From the NCBI GenBank assembly GCA_964534625.1, contig CAZHRF010000003.1, positions 65,486 through 129,485 on the forward strand: a DNA stretch of 64,000 nucleotides, given 5' to 3'. Position 1 is the stretch's first letter, and every line of letters begins with the position of its first letter. Position numbers and translations under genes: made by a program. Below, one piece after another: positions 1 to 12,533 of this stretch. Source of the DNA: an uncultured archaeon (lineage in GTDB: Archaea > Asgardarchaeota > Heimdallarchaeia > Heimdallarchaeales > Heimdallarchaeaceae). The notes beneath the pieces are model-generated. The model was not told the origin of the DNA, ran no database searches, and saw only the letters and a program-made list of their open reading frames with translations.

Positions 1-69
1 TCTTCATACAGTCAATAGTATCTTTTTCATAGCCAGGTATTGCTTACTCAGTCATATCTTCATCTTTAA

Positions 70-3511
<3,442 letters not shown>

Positions 3512-3563
3512 GCAAAGTTAACATGTTTTTTGGTGTTTATATAATATATACATATTATAATAT

Positions 3564-4007
3564 ATGAGCGTAATGTCAAATATTATCCCTAATCTCACCC
3601 AAAATAAGTCAAATGAGTCAGAAAAAACCATCTTTCAAAAAATGACACAAGAGGAAGAGAAAAAGAGAGAGAAAGCAAGGAGATTGTTATTAAAAGAAGA
3701 GATTGACTTAACGATTAAAAAATTATGGCGATTAATACCAGGATTATCAAATAATTTTCAGCAGATTAGAATTGAATCCTACAAATTGATTGACCAGGGA
3801 ATAATTCCAGATAGACCAAAACATGATGCTGCGCTAATAATGGTTATTGCTTTGTTTAAATATCATCTACCATTTGAACCATTGAAACAAGTAGCATTGT
3901 GTCTATTAAGAACAGACACTATAAATGATCTACAAACATTAAACACACAAATTTTAGAGTATGAAAAAGATATAGAGAACATTGTACCATTCCAATATAG
4001 GATTTAA
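3564..4007 (+). CDS. Hypothetical protein (147 aa, K/E-rich N-terminus)
   Basis: Intact ORF between hypF and the SRP RNA gene, followed by a T8 run at 4051-4058. I recognise no motif. Confidence 0.45.
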   Translation: MSVMSNIIPNLTQNKSNESEKTIFQKMTQEEEKKREKARRLLLKEEIDLTIKKLWRLIPGLSNNFQQIRIESYKLIDQGIIPDRPKHDAALIMVIALFKYHLPFEPLKQVALCLLRTDTINDLQTLNTQILEYEKDIENIVPFQYRI

Positions 4008-4065
4008 ACAATGTTTATTACATCTTAAGCTTATATTAGACCTGTTTGGGTTTTTTTTCAATAAG

Positions 4066-4403
4066 CCTCCGACTGAAATCGCCCATAGAACCTGTAGTTC
4101 GACCTCACGTCAGAAGCCGTTTCCACCTTATCAGCTCCACACCGATTATTACGTGCATCACACATCGTTCTTAGGGGTGCTTACTTCCGTACCTAACCCA
4201 TTTTGAACTAAACCTTTCTAATGCTCCCCTCCGGGAACACCTCTGGTTTGCGCAATCTCGTAAGTCGATGCTTCAACGCGTACTAAGGAAGGCGTATCTT
4301 TCCTCAGTAAGGCCTCGGCAACAGTATTCGTCCCAGCATATAGAGCGTTTCTGGTTATAGGGTAGCCCTAACACCCCGACTAGTTTTCTACCGATTTCAG
4401 TTG
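4066..4403 (-). ncRNA. Signal recognition particle RNA (archaeal 7S/SRP RNA)
   Basis: GC-rich (about 50%) island in AT-rich DNA.
- Helix-8-like motif on the minus strand: GGUAC-GGAA-GUAAGCACC (4176-4193), a GGAA tetraloop followed by AGCA, close to the E. coli 4.5S sequence GGUCCGGAAGGAAGCAGCC.
- Helix-6-like CCC-GGAG-GGG (4226-4235), the same GGAG tetraloop as human helix 6.
- GCUGAU follows helix 8.
- The 5' and 3' ends pair: 4392-4401 is the reverse complement of 4072-4081.
- A TTATAA TATA-like box lies about 25 nt upstream on the minus strand (4423-4428).
Ends are approximate. Confidence 0.75.
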
Positions 4404-4522
4404 ATTATTGTCATAACCAACATTATAACATTTAAACATTATCATCTTTGGTTTATAGAGTATTATTGCACTATTACTGACATAAAGAAGTATTTATCAA
4501 CGTACTTATAACTTTACACACA

Positions 4523-5083
4523 ATGTGTTCAAGAGTGATAGAAGATTTTACTCCGGAATTCAACAGTCTATTTGATGAATTCTTGTCTGGTGTAACTTCT
4601 TTAGCAATTTTGGGGATCGGTAATGAAATGAATGGCGATGATGCGGCTGGTCTTCATGTTATTTCAACTCTAAAACAATTCCAGTTACCCTCATGGATCA
4701 CTCTTTTTTATTGTGAAAAAGCCCCCGAACATTTTCTCGGTAAACTCTATACTCAAAAACCCAACAGAGTTATTGTTATTGATGCTGCCAATTTATCTGG
4801 TCCACCTGGTGCCATAGGTATCATTCCTACTGCTCTTATTTCCAAACAACTAAATTTTTCTACTCACACTTTATCTTTAACTTTGTTAGCTGATTTTTTA
4901 AAACCCGTTACTGATGATTTTGATATCATGTTTATTGGTATTAAACCAAAATTAATGCTATTCGAAACACCGCTTTCCTTTGAAGTAAAGGAAGCAGTAG
5001 GGGAACTTGCACAATTCTTATTTACCAAGCTTACAAATACAACTCATACTCACAAAATCAATTCTAGTAGGCAGACTACATGA
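4523..5083 (+). CDS. hycI: Hydrogenase maturation endopeptidase (HycI/HyaD family)
   Basis: The GIGNEMNGDDAAG motif (GxGNxxxxDDxxG) is typical of the [NiFe] large-subunit C-terminal protease. Its stop overlaps the hypD start (ATGA at 5080). Confidence 0.8.
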   Translation: MCSRVIEDFTPEFNSLFDEFLSGVTSLAILGIGNEMNGDDAAGLHVISTLKQFQLPSWITLFYCEKAPEHFLGKLYTQKPNRVIVIDAANLSGPPGAIGIIPTALISKQLNFSTHTLSLTLLADFLKPVTDDFDIMFIGIKPKLMLFETPLSFEVKEAVGELAQFLFTKLTNTTHTHKINSSRQTT

Positions 5084-6189
5084 TAAGTGATAAAAATTTC
5101 CGAGATAAAAAGTTAGTCCAAAAAATACTTTTACAGTTACAAGCTGAAGCAAAGAAATTAGACAATCCTATCAAGATAATGCATGTTTGTGGTACTCATG
5201 AACATGAGGTTTCGCGCTGGGGTATTAGAAGTCTTCTTCCCAATAACATTTCTCTCATTGCGGGACCGGGTTGTCCAGTCTGTGTTTGTTCAGCTAAAGA
5301 TATTGATGAAGTTTTATGGATTGCCAAGACCCATAATGTCACTATTTGTACGTTTGGGGATATGATGCGCGTTCCTTCTTCTTCCGATTCACTTTATCAG
5401 GCACAGAGTAAAGGCATTAATGTTAAAGTTGTATACAGTATAAGTGATGCAATTAAACTTGCTAAAAAAAATCCCAATACGGACTATCTTTTTTTTAGTG
5501 TCGGATTTGAGACCACCGCTTGTACTACCGCCCTTGAAGTATTTAGGACAAAACTCCCCAATTTCTCCATCTATTCTTCTCACAAATTAATTCCTCCTGC
5601 AATGGAGCTCTTGTTACAACGAGATGATATAGATTTTGATGGATATCTGGCACCAGGTCACGTTTCTACTATAATAGGTAGTACACCATATCAGATTTGT
5701 ACAGAAAAATATAACTTCCCAGTTTCGATTGCAGGTTTTGAACCTGTTGATATACTAAAAGGCATGTTTTCACTCACCAAACAGATTGTTAAAGGAGAGG
5801 CACGCGTTTCTAATGACTATAGAAGATATGTAAAAGACGAAGGAAACGTTGCGGCCTTGAGTCTTATGGAAAGGGTTTTTACGATTTCTAATGCGAGATG
5901 GCGCGGATTGGGAGTACTAGATAAAACAGGTTATGAAATTCATGAATCTTATTCTAGTATAGATGCTAAAAGCAAGTATAAGATCCCCGATCTACCCTTC
6001 AATGATTTACGTGGTTCTTGTATCTGTGACCAAGTTTTAATTGGAAAGAGTAAACCCAATTCTTGCAAATATTTCATGAAATCATGCACTCCTGAAAATC
6101 CCATAGGTGCTTGCATGGTCTCTCATGAAGGTACTTGTAACATTGCAGCTGCGTATGAAGATATATTTTCAAAGGATCTTAACCCATAA
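5080..6189 (+). CDS. hypD: Hydrogenase maturation protein HypD
   Basis: MHVCGTHEH, GPGCPVCV, GFETT and the C-terminal Cys cluster (CxxxxxxC...C) are HypD signature motifs. Confidence 0.9.
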   Translation: MISDKNFRDKKLVQKILLQLQAEAKKLDNPIKIMHVCGTHEHEVSRWGIRSLLPNNISLIAGPGCPVCVCSAKDIDEVLWIAKTHNVTICTFGDMMRVPSSSDSLYQAQSKGINVKVVYSISDAIKLAKKNPNTDYLFFSVGFETTACTTALEVFRTKLPNFSIYSSHKLIPPAMELLLQRDDIDFDGYLAPGHVSTIIGSTPYQICTEKYNFPVSIAGFEPVDILKGMFSLTKQIVKGEARVSNDYRRYVKDEGNVAALSLMERVFTISNARWRGLGVLDKTGYEIHESYSSIDAKSKYKIPDLPFNDLRGSCICDQVLIGKSKPNSCKYFMKSCTPENPIGACMVSHEGTCNIAAAYEDIFSKDLNP

Positions 6190-6245
6190 ATTTGGTTAAA
6201 TGCAAAAAGTTAATTAGTTGGATTCTTTGCTTCACTTGATAAATT

Positions 6246-6488
6246 ATGTGTTTAGCAATACCTGCCAAAATCTGTGAATTTTTGGAAGAAAATCGTGTCA
6301 TGGTAGACATATCTGGTGTAAAAAGAGAAGCTGATACCTCACTTATCTCCGAAGATTTAGCTATTGGTGATTATCTCTTGCTTCATACAGGTTTTGCTAT
6401 TGCAAAGTTAGATCACCAACAGGCACAAGATAGTCTTAAAGTATGGGATCAAATTGCAGAGTTAACACTAGAGTCCGATATTCAATAA
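6246..6488 (+). CDS. hypC: Hydrogenase maturation protein HypC
   Basis: 80 aa beginning MCLAIPAKI (the essential Cys2 motif MCxxxP), immediately after hypD. Confidence 0.85.
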   Translation: MCLAIPAKICEFLEENRVMVDISGVKREADTSLISEDLAIGDYLLLHTGFAIAKLDHQQAQDSLKVWDQIAELTLESDIQ

Positions 6489-6566
6489 TTTCCCGTATAA
6501 CTTTACCTAACATAGATAATTTCGGTAAAGTTATATAGTTAGAAATTATCTAACATATGATTAACA

Positions 6567-7250
6567 ATGACTTTCAATAATGAAGATTCCAATGCACAAA
6601 TATTAAGACTCATTATTGATTTTTCTATAAAATCAAATCAGTTTTTGACTACTCATTTGTTAAAAGTTCTACCTGATGTCTTAGAACAAGAGAACTGCTC
6701 TTTGGATAACAATGAGATAAAACCGTTGGATGCCCTTTCTATGCTTAAAACTGAAAAAAAAGCACTCAATAACATAGATATAGCTTATATGATTATCCTT
6801 ACCTGTCGTGGATACAAATTTAAGAAGGGGATGGCAGATACAATATTTCTTTGTGAAAAAGACGCCATAAATCCTGATTTTACAGATTTAGCTAATGATA
6901 GACCACAGTTATCACAAGAGTTCGAAATTAAAACAATAATATTAAAATCTATTCTCGAATCGTATAATAAAGATAATCAAACCTTAATTACTAATATACG
7001 TAGATCACTCCCCATATTTATTGAACGGGCAGAAGGAGTATCATATTCAGGAAGAAAATTAACAATAAATCAATGGATAAAGGAAAAGGAGAGTAATGGG
7101 GAATGGATAGGAACTGAAGTTTTGCGCAGCAATAGCCTTAACATTATCACATGGGCAATTGGCAATCTGATTATACTACAAACGAGAGGATACTATTTAC
7201 AAGAAGTTCCTGCATTAAAGGAAAATGAATACATATTCATTAAGGCATGA
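6567..7250 (+). CDS. Hypothetical protein (227 aa) between hypC and the hydrogenase structural genes
   Basis: Intact ORF with no recognisable motif. Its position suggests a hydrogenase-associated role, but that is inference only. Confidence 0.45.
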   Translation: MTFNNEDSNAQILRLIIDFSIKSNQFLTTHLLKVLPDVLEQENCSLDNNEIKPLDALSMLKTEKKALNNIDIAYMIILTCRGYKFKKGMADTIFLCEKDAINPDFTDLANDRPQLSQEFEIKTIILKSILESYNKDNQTLITNIRRSLPIFIERAEGVSYSGRKLTINQWIKEKESNGEWIGTEVLRSNSLNIITWAIGNLIILQTRGYYLQEVPALKENEYIFIKA

Positions 7251-7422
7251 AGCATTCCACAATTTTTCCTTTTTATTTGAATCTATTTTTTAGATTGTCT
7301 TATTGTCAAAACCTTTATTTTACAAAAAAGTATTATACACGCTATTATAGTCGTTAAACCAAATCTTTTTTATATTCTTCAAACTCTTCTAAATTAGTCT
7401 TGAGTTGATAGAGTAGATAACC

Positions 7423-7932
7423 ATGTGTGAAAATTGTAAAGAGCTTAACAAAATTTTGAATACTCAACTTCCAGATAAGCTCATTGATAAAATTTCTAAG
7501 GTTGAAAGAAACCATTTTGACATAGAGACGACTCCTGATAAAGCTTATAATCTAATGAAGTTCCTTCATGAAGAAGTTGGCATTTACTTTTTAAGTACAG
7601 TTTCAGGTTTCGAGGAGAAAGATCACTTAAGTGCTTGTTATCATGTTATGCACAGAAATGAACAAGATGAAACTGAAATTCCCATCAATTTTTATGTTTT
7701 AGGTATAGACAAGGAAAAACCTATAACGCCCTCAATGTGTGATTTTTTTATCAGTGCTGATTATTACGAGCGCGAGATTCATGATTTTTTTGGTATAGTC
7801 TTTGAGGGTCATCCCTATTTAGAACGAATAATTCTTCCTGAGGATTGGCCTTCAGATATTTATCCATTACGTAAAGAATATTCTTGGCAAGAATTAAAAG
7901 AGAAAGCAGAGGAGATAGTTAGAAATGAATAA
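7423..7932 (+). CDS. Group-4 [NiFe] hydrogenase subunit, NuoC/30-kDa-like
   Basis: YYEREIHDFFGIVFEGHP matches the NuoC/HycE-N/MbhK signature (ERExxDxFGxxFxGHP). It overlaps the next gene by 8 nt. Confidence 0.8.
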   Translation: MCENCKELNKILNTQLPDKLIDKISKVERNHFDIETTPDKAYNLMKFLHEEVGIYFLSTVSGFEEKDHLSACYHVMHRNEQDETEIPINFYVLGIDKEKPITPSMCDFFISADYYEREIHDFFGIVFEGHPYLERIILPEDWPSDIYPLRKEYSWQELKEKAEEIVRNE

Positions 7933-9184
7933 AGAATTTCGCTCAAAATTTCGAATGGATCCTTATGGAAAAGGGGATGAACCCGAGGGGAGCGACTATA
8001 AGATTTTTGTTGGTCCTCAACATCCTTGGGCTGAAGAAGCTTGCAGATTTATCATACATTTAAAAGGTGAGGTTGTATCAGAAGCAGATATACGTATTGG
8101 CTTCAGTTTTAGAGGTATTGAAAAAGCAATGGAAAATAGAACATGGGTGCAAAACATCATGTTAGTTCCTCGTGCTTGTGGTATCTGTGGCGCCGTACAT
8201 CAAACTGTCTATGTACATGTCATTGAGGCTCTTGCGGGCGTAACCGAAAAAATATCCGATAGAGCGCGCTATATAAGAATGATATCTCTAGAAGCTGAAC
8301 GCATTCATAGTCATATGTTATGGTATGGCATATTAGCTCATGATGCGGGTTTCGATACTCTATTCCACATCGCTTGGAGAGATAGAGAAATAATAATGGA
8401 TATTATGGAAGACATAGGCGGGAATAGAGTCCATTATAGTCTTTCTTTACCTGGTGGTACTAGAAGAGATATAGATGCTACAAAAATTAAAAGAAATCTA
8501 GAAAAATTAAAAGAATTAGAGAAACAGGTATTATATCATAAGCGCGTATATGAGGAAGAAGCGACACTAAGAGATCGTATCGCCGGTTTAGGTAGATTGT
8601 CAAAAAAAGATGCAGAATTATTGAATTGCGTTGGTCCCAATGCCAGAGGGTCGGGTGTTCCTTATGATGTAAGAAAAGCATATCCCTATGAACTTTATGA
8701 TAAAATAGATTGGAAACCGGTTTATTATACGGGGGGAGAACCTTATGACGTGGGTTTAACACGACTAGATGAAGTTTTAGAGTCTATCAATATTATGAGA
8801 CAATGTTTTGATGCTTTAGAAACAGAGCATGGTGAAACGCTCATAAAAGTCAGCAATAGACTGCCAGAGGGGCGACACATATCTAGAGCTGAAGCTCCAA
8901 GAGGTGAAGACATACATTTTGGCATAGCAAATGGAACAGACACACTTGATAGATATAAAATAAGATCACCTTCTTTAGCTAATATAGATGCTACACTAAA
9001 GAGATTAGATGGAGAATATATAGCAGATGTACCTGTAATTTTAAGAACATATGATCCTTGTTTCTCTTGTACAAATAGGATCCTTTTAATAAAGGAAGAT
9101 ACTAATGAGAAGATGCTTCTAACTCAAGATGAATTTGCTAGAAAAGCGACAATGGCAAAGAAGTATAACAGGAGATTTTTCTAA
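7925..9184 (+). CDS. [NiFe] hydrogenase large subunit, group 4 (NuoD-like)
   Basis: N-terminal Ni-binding motif RACGICGAVH and C-terminal DPCFSCTNR match the group-4 L1/L2 patterns. A 33-aa extension follows the CxxC-xx-R site, as in substrates of HycI-type proteases. Confidence 0.9.
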   Translation: MNKEFRSKFRMDPYGKGDEPEGSDYKIFVGPQHPWAEEACRFIIHLKGEVVSEADIRIGFSFRGIEKAMENRTWVQNIMLVPRACGICGAVHQTVYVHVIEALAGVTEKISDRARYIRMISLEAERIHSHMLWYGILAHDAGFDTLFHIAWRDREIIMDIMEDIGGNRVHYSLSLPGGTRRDIDATKIKRNLEKLKELEKQVLYHKRVYEEEATLRDRIAGLGRLSKKDAELLNCVGPNARGSGVPYDVRKAYPYELYDKIDWKPVYYTGGEPYDVGLTRLDEVLESINIMRQCFDALETEHGETLIKVSNRLPEGRHISRAEAPRGEDIHFGIANGTDTLDRYKIRSPSLANIDATLKRLDGEYIADVPVILRTYDPCFSCTNRILLIKEDTNEKMLLTQDEFARKATMAKKYNRRFF

Positions 9185-9187
9185 CAG

Positions 9188-9691
9188 GTGGAAAAGATGG
9201 AAAAAAAACAAAAGAGACCTAAAAAGAAACTATTAACAATGGGAGCAGAAGCAATTAAAAATCAAGCTTTGGGCCCCGTAACAATGCATGTACTAGAAAG
9301 AATAGAAAAACATCCACCACCAGAAGATATCCGCGGATTACCCAAAATAATTGAAGATCGGTGTATCTTATGTGCCACTTGTGTTCGGGTTTGTCCAACA
9401 CATTGTCTAGAAATAGAGAAGGCAAAAGGAAGAGAAGGAAAAGACAATGGAATGATATGGATCCTTCGTCCGCAATGTATGGTGTGTGGAAATTGCCAAA
9501 CATATTGTCCAACAGATGCAATTATAGTAAATGGGGGAGAATGGTTAAGTGCAACATTTGATTTACACCATGATTATGAGATTTTAGTGGCAAAAGGTAC
9601 CTACAAAGAAAAGGTAAAAGAAAAAATGGAACAATTACGAAAACAAGGCGATGAAGTTGAAAAAGGGAGAAAGGCATTTAGAGGAGAATAA
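9188..9691 (+). CDS. 2x[4Fe-4S] ferredoxin-like hydrogenase subunit (NuoI/MbhN-like)
   Basis: Two CxxCxxCxxxCP motifs (CILCATCVRVCP and CMVCGNCQTYCP). GTG start at 9188, or ATG at 9197. Confidence 0.8.
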   Translation: MEKMEKKQKRPKKKLLTMGAEAIKNQALGPVTMHVLERIEKHPPPEDIRGLPKIIEDRCILCATCVRVCPTHCLEIEKAKGREGKDNGMIWILRPQCMVCGNCQTYCPTDAIIVNGGEWLSATFDLHHDYEILVAKGTYKEKVKEKMEQLRKQGDEVEKGRKAFRGE

Positions 9692-9703
9692 GGAGGAAAA
9701 AAA

Positions 9704-10225
9704 TTGAAACTTGCAGAAAAAATAGCCTGGAAAGCGAGATTAAAATCTCCATGGATAATACATTTCAACTCAGGAGGCTGTAATGGTTGCGATATCGAAA
9801 TAGTAGATATGCTAACACCAAGGCATGATATCGAACAATATGGAATGTTACTAAAAGGAACACCAAGACAAGCTGACATATTGGTGTGCACAGGTCCAGT
9901 AACAGTACAGGTGGCAAAAAGATTAAAGAGAATATATGAGCAAATGCCAGAACCAAAGTTTGTAGTGGCAATAGGAAATTGTGCAACGACAGGAGGAGTA
10001 TTCCAAGAATGCCCATTTGTTATGGGAGGTATAGATAAAATATTACCTGTTTCAGCTTGGGTATATGGATGTCCCCCCCGTCCAGAAGCTATGATCGCCG
10101 CGATTGCAAAATTGTTGGCTAAAGCCGAAGAAGATATGCTAGGGATTAAGGAGAACAGTAAGGAAAACGATAATAGAAATGTTACCGAACCCAAAAATAT
10201 TCATGAACACAAAAAACAAGAATAA
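9704..10225 (+). CDS. [NiFe] hydrogenase small subunit, group 4 (NuoB-like)
   Basis: GGCNGCD, CTGPV, GNCATTGG and GCPPRPE supply the NuoB-type four-Cys cluster ligands. TTG start preceded by AGGAGG. Confidence 0.85.
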   Translation: MKLAEKIAWKARLKSPWIIHFNSGGCNGCDIEIVDMLTPRHDIEQYGMLLKGTPRQADILVCTGPVTVQVAKRLKRIYEQMPEPKFVVAIGNCATTGGVFQECPFVMGGIDKILPVSAWVYGCPPRPEAMIAAIAKLLAKAEEDMLGIKENSKENDNRNVTEPKNIHEHKKQE

Positions 10226-10239
10226 TTTTTCTTCTTTGT

Positions 10240-11190
10240 CTATTTTATACTTTCCAGTCTCTCTTTCAACCAACAAGCCTTACAAAGGTTTCCTGCTGTT
10301 GCTTCACCACATTTATGACAGTCTTTTAATTGTTTTTTTGATTTTATGTTCTGTAGTAGAGGTAATAACTTATCATAGCCAGCTAGTATGTTAAATGCTA
10401 TCATTGGTTGCTCGTTTTGTGCTTTAAACATGAACTCTCTTATCACCCCTCTATATGCTTCAACAGCATATGGACAAGGAATTTCTTGATAGTCTAAATC
10501 ATTTAAGTAACAGTACATTACTATTTCTGCTTGTGGCACCATTCTAAAAGGTTTAGCCCGAGGTACTAAACTTTCATGTATCTTTCGAGGAGTTGGATTT
10601 AATCTAGCTAACCTCATTATATCGCCTCTAGTGATATTCAGTAATATTGTCTCTGCTTCATCTTCTAAATTATGTCCTGTTGCTACCACATCTACTTTCT
10701 CTTCTCTTGCTGCTTGATTCAACAACTTTCTTCTCAGTATCCCACAATAGCTGCATGCACCGTATTTCCTTTGTTCTCCGCGTTCTCCCAATTGTTCAAT
10801 TAAAGCATCCAAACTATATCCAAAATCCTGTTTAAAGGATAAAATCTGATGTTCAATATCAAGTTGTTGTACATGTTTTCTGGCATAGAATAATCCTTCA
10901 TCTCTATAACCCTCGATTCCTTCATCAATTGTTATTGCCATTAATTCGGATTTTGGGAAATCTTCTTCTATTTTTTTTAAAACGTGTAATAAAGCGATAC
11001 TATCTTTTCCGCCTGATATACCCACCCCAATCCTATCTTTTCTTCCAAAGAGCTTGTACTTCGATATAGTCTTTTTTACTCTGCGTTCTAATTGTTCATT
11101 AAAATGATGATGACATAAAGGAGATTTATCATAAGGACGAACATACACAACTTCATCTGTTCCACAAAACATACATTTCATATTAATCAC
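10240..11190 (-). CDS. PP-loop tRNA 2-thiolation enzyme (TtuA/NcsA/Ctu1 family)
   Basis: SGGKDS PP-loop, N-terminal CxxC...CHHH and C-terminal CHKC...CKAC zinc fingers, and GHNLEDE. This is typical of TtuA/NcsA-type sulfurtransferases. Confidence 0.75.
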   Translation of the reverse strand: MINMKCMFCGTDEVVYVRPYDKSPLCHHHFNEQLERRVKKTISKYKLFGRKDRIGVGISGGKDSIALLHVLKKIEEDFPKSELMAITIDEGIEGYRDEGLFYARKHVQQLDIEHQILSFKQDFGYSLDALIEQLGERGEQRKYGACSYCGILRRKLLNQAAREEKVDVVATGHNLEDEAETILLNITRGDIMRLARLNPTPRKIHESLVPRAKPFRMVPQAEIVMYCYLNDLDYQEIPCPYAVEAYRGVIREFMFKAQNEQPMIAFNILAGYDKLLPLLQNIKSKKQLKDCHKCGEATAGNLCKACWLKERLESIK

Positions 11191-12377
11191 AGTAAAAGCA
11201 TAGAAAGCAAAATGTTTGACACTATTAATGCCAGACTACAAATTCTGATTATACGCATTAATTTTTTTATCTCGTTTTCTTTTTTACCTCTGTTTTCTAA
11301 ATAAGACTCTAGTATTTTATCTCCATCTGTAATCTTTAAGGGTAACATATTCATGAATACAGCTATTACTCCAATGTTTATTGTGTATAATACTTCTGTC
11401 TTCCAATAATAAGGTATAAATGGGTTCAGAGATCCTTTTGGTGGAAAATAATTCGTAATACTAATCCCTAGATAATATGAATCGGTCTCTTGCTCTGTTA
11501 TTGGATTATTTCTTGTTGGTATAAGAGAGATATTTTTCTCATCCAAAAATAAAATAATTATTAATTGGTTTTCTGTTAAATTCGAGATATAATTAAGATA
11601 GTCATTAGTTCCATTTAGGCGCGTGTATTCAATACCATTATCATTATCTTTTATACTGCCAAAATGGGTGATTACATCTCCTTTGACAATTCCAGCTTCA
11701 TCTGCAGGTGTATCTTCATATATTTTTGTTACAAGTACTCCACTTGTTTCCTTGTAACCTATTTGATTAAATACTGGCGTTAAAAGTAATAAGATTAAGA
11801 AAACAAGTGCGATCACTGCATTAATAATTGAGCCATTTAACAAAATTTTTAATTTTGATTTAAAAGAAGCTTTTTTCATTCTTTCTTCTACAAGTTCAAC
11901 AAATCCCCCAAAAAGGACACCAAATAAGAAAATACCAGCTGATTCGATTCCCACCCCTTCTCTAACGGCCATTACTGCGTGCCCTATCTCATGAGAAACC
12001 AAAATCAGTACTATTGGGACTACCAGCAATAGCATTTGCTCCCAACTTACTGTAACACCAGGAATGATAACTTGTATTCCCGTAGCTGCTATTGAACCAA
12101 ATACTAACAAAAATGGATTAACGACAAATAACACCAATAATAGAACACATATCAATCCTACTGGTACAATACCTATTCTAAAAACAAAAGTCCATAATTT
12201 TTTTCCTTTTTCTCCTAGTTTTGCTAGCATTTTATTAAAACGCTTTATTCGAAATAAAAACCCTAGTGGGGTAATATATACACCATATTTGTCTAATCTC
12301 AATTTATTTCCTAATAAAGATAACATAGTCATTACTATGAAATACCCTAGGACCACAATTAGTACCGTAATATCCAT
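11187..12377 (-). CDS. Site-2 protease family (M50) membrane metalloprotease with a PDZ-like insert
   Basis: HEIGH zinc motif inside a TM helix, multiple TM segments, and a central soluble segment (VTKIYEDTPADEAGIVKGDVI) resembling PDZ. It overlaps the downstream gene by 4 nt. Confidence 0.75.
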   Translation of the reverse strand: MDITVLIVVLGYFIVMTMLSLLGNKLRLDKYGVYITPLGFLFRIKRFNKMLAKLGEKGKKLWTFVFRIGIVPVGLICVLLLVLFVVNPFLLVFGSIAATGIQVIIPGVTVSWEQMLLLVVPIVLILVSHEIGHAVMAVREGVGIESAGIFLFGVLFGGFVELVEERMKKASFKSKLKILLNGSIINAVIALVFLILLLLTPVFNQIGYKETSGVLVTKIYEDTPADEAGIVKGDVITHFGSIKDNDNGIEYTRLNGTNDYLNYISNLTENQLIIILFLDEKNISLIPTRNNPITEQETDSYYLGISITNYFPPKGSLNPFIPYYWKTEVLYTINIGVIAVFMNMLPLKITDGDKILESYLENRGKKENEIKKLMRIIRICSLALIVSNILLSMLLL

Positions 12378-12533
12378 TTTTTCTCCTTGTATTGCTTTAT
12401 CTTATACCCTTTAATAATTATTGTTTTGTCTGGTTTTGTGCTCATCTTTATTCGTTGTACATCATTTTAATTAAGCTTCTATCTAGTAATTAATGCAATT
12501 ATTTTTATGTAACGTCTATTGATACCCACATAG

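Noticed and set aside
3982-4206. 74-aa ORF on the plus strand
   Set aside because: It lies entirely on the antisense of the SRP RNA gene. Its composition reflects the GC-rich RNA, and it has no start context.
9601-10194. 197-aa minus-strand ORF
   Set aside because: It is antisense to the well-supported NuoB-like and ferredoxin-like hydrogenase genes, and its translation is low-complexity S/F/I-rich.
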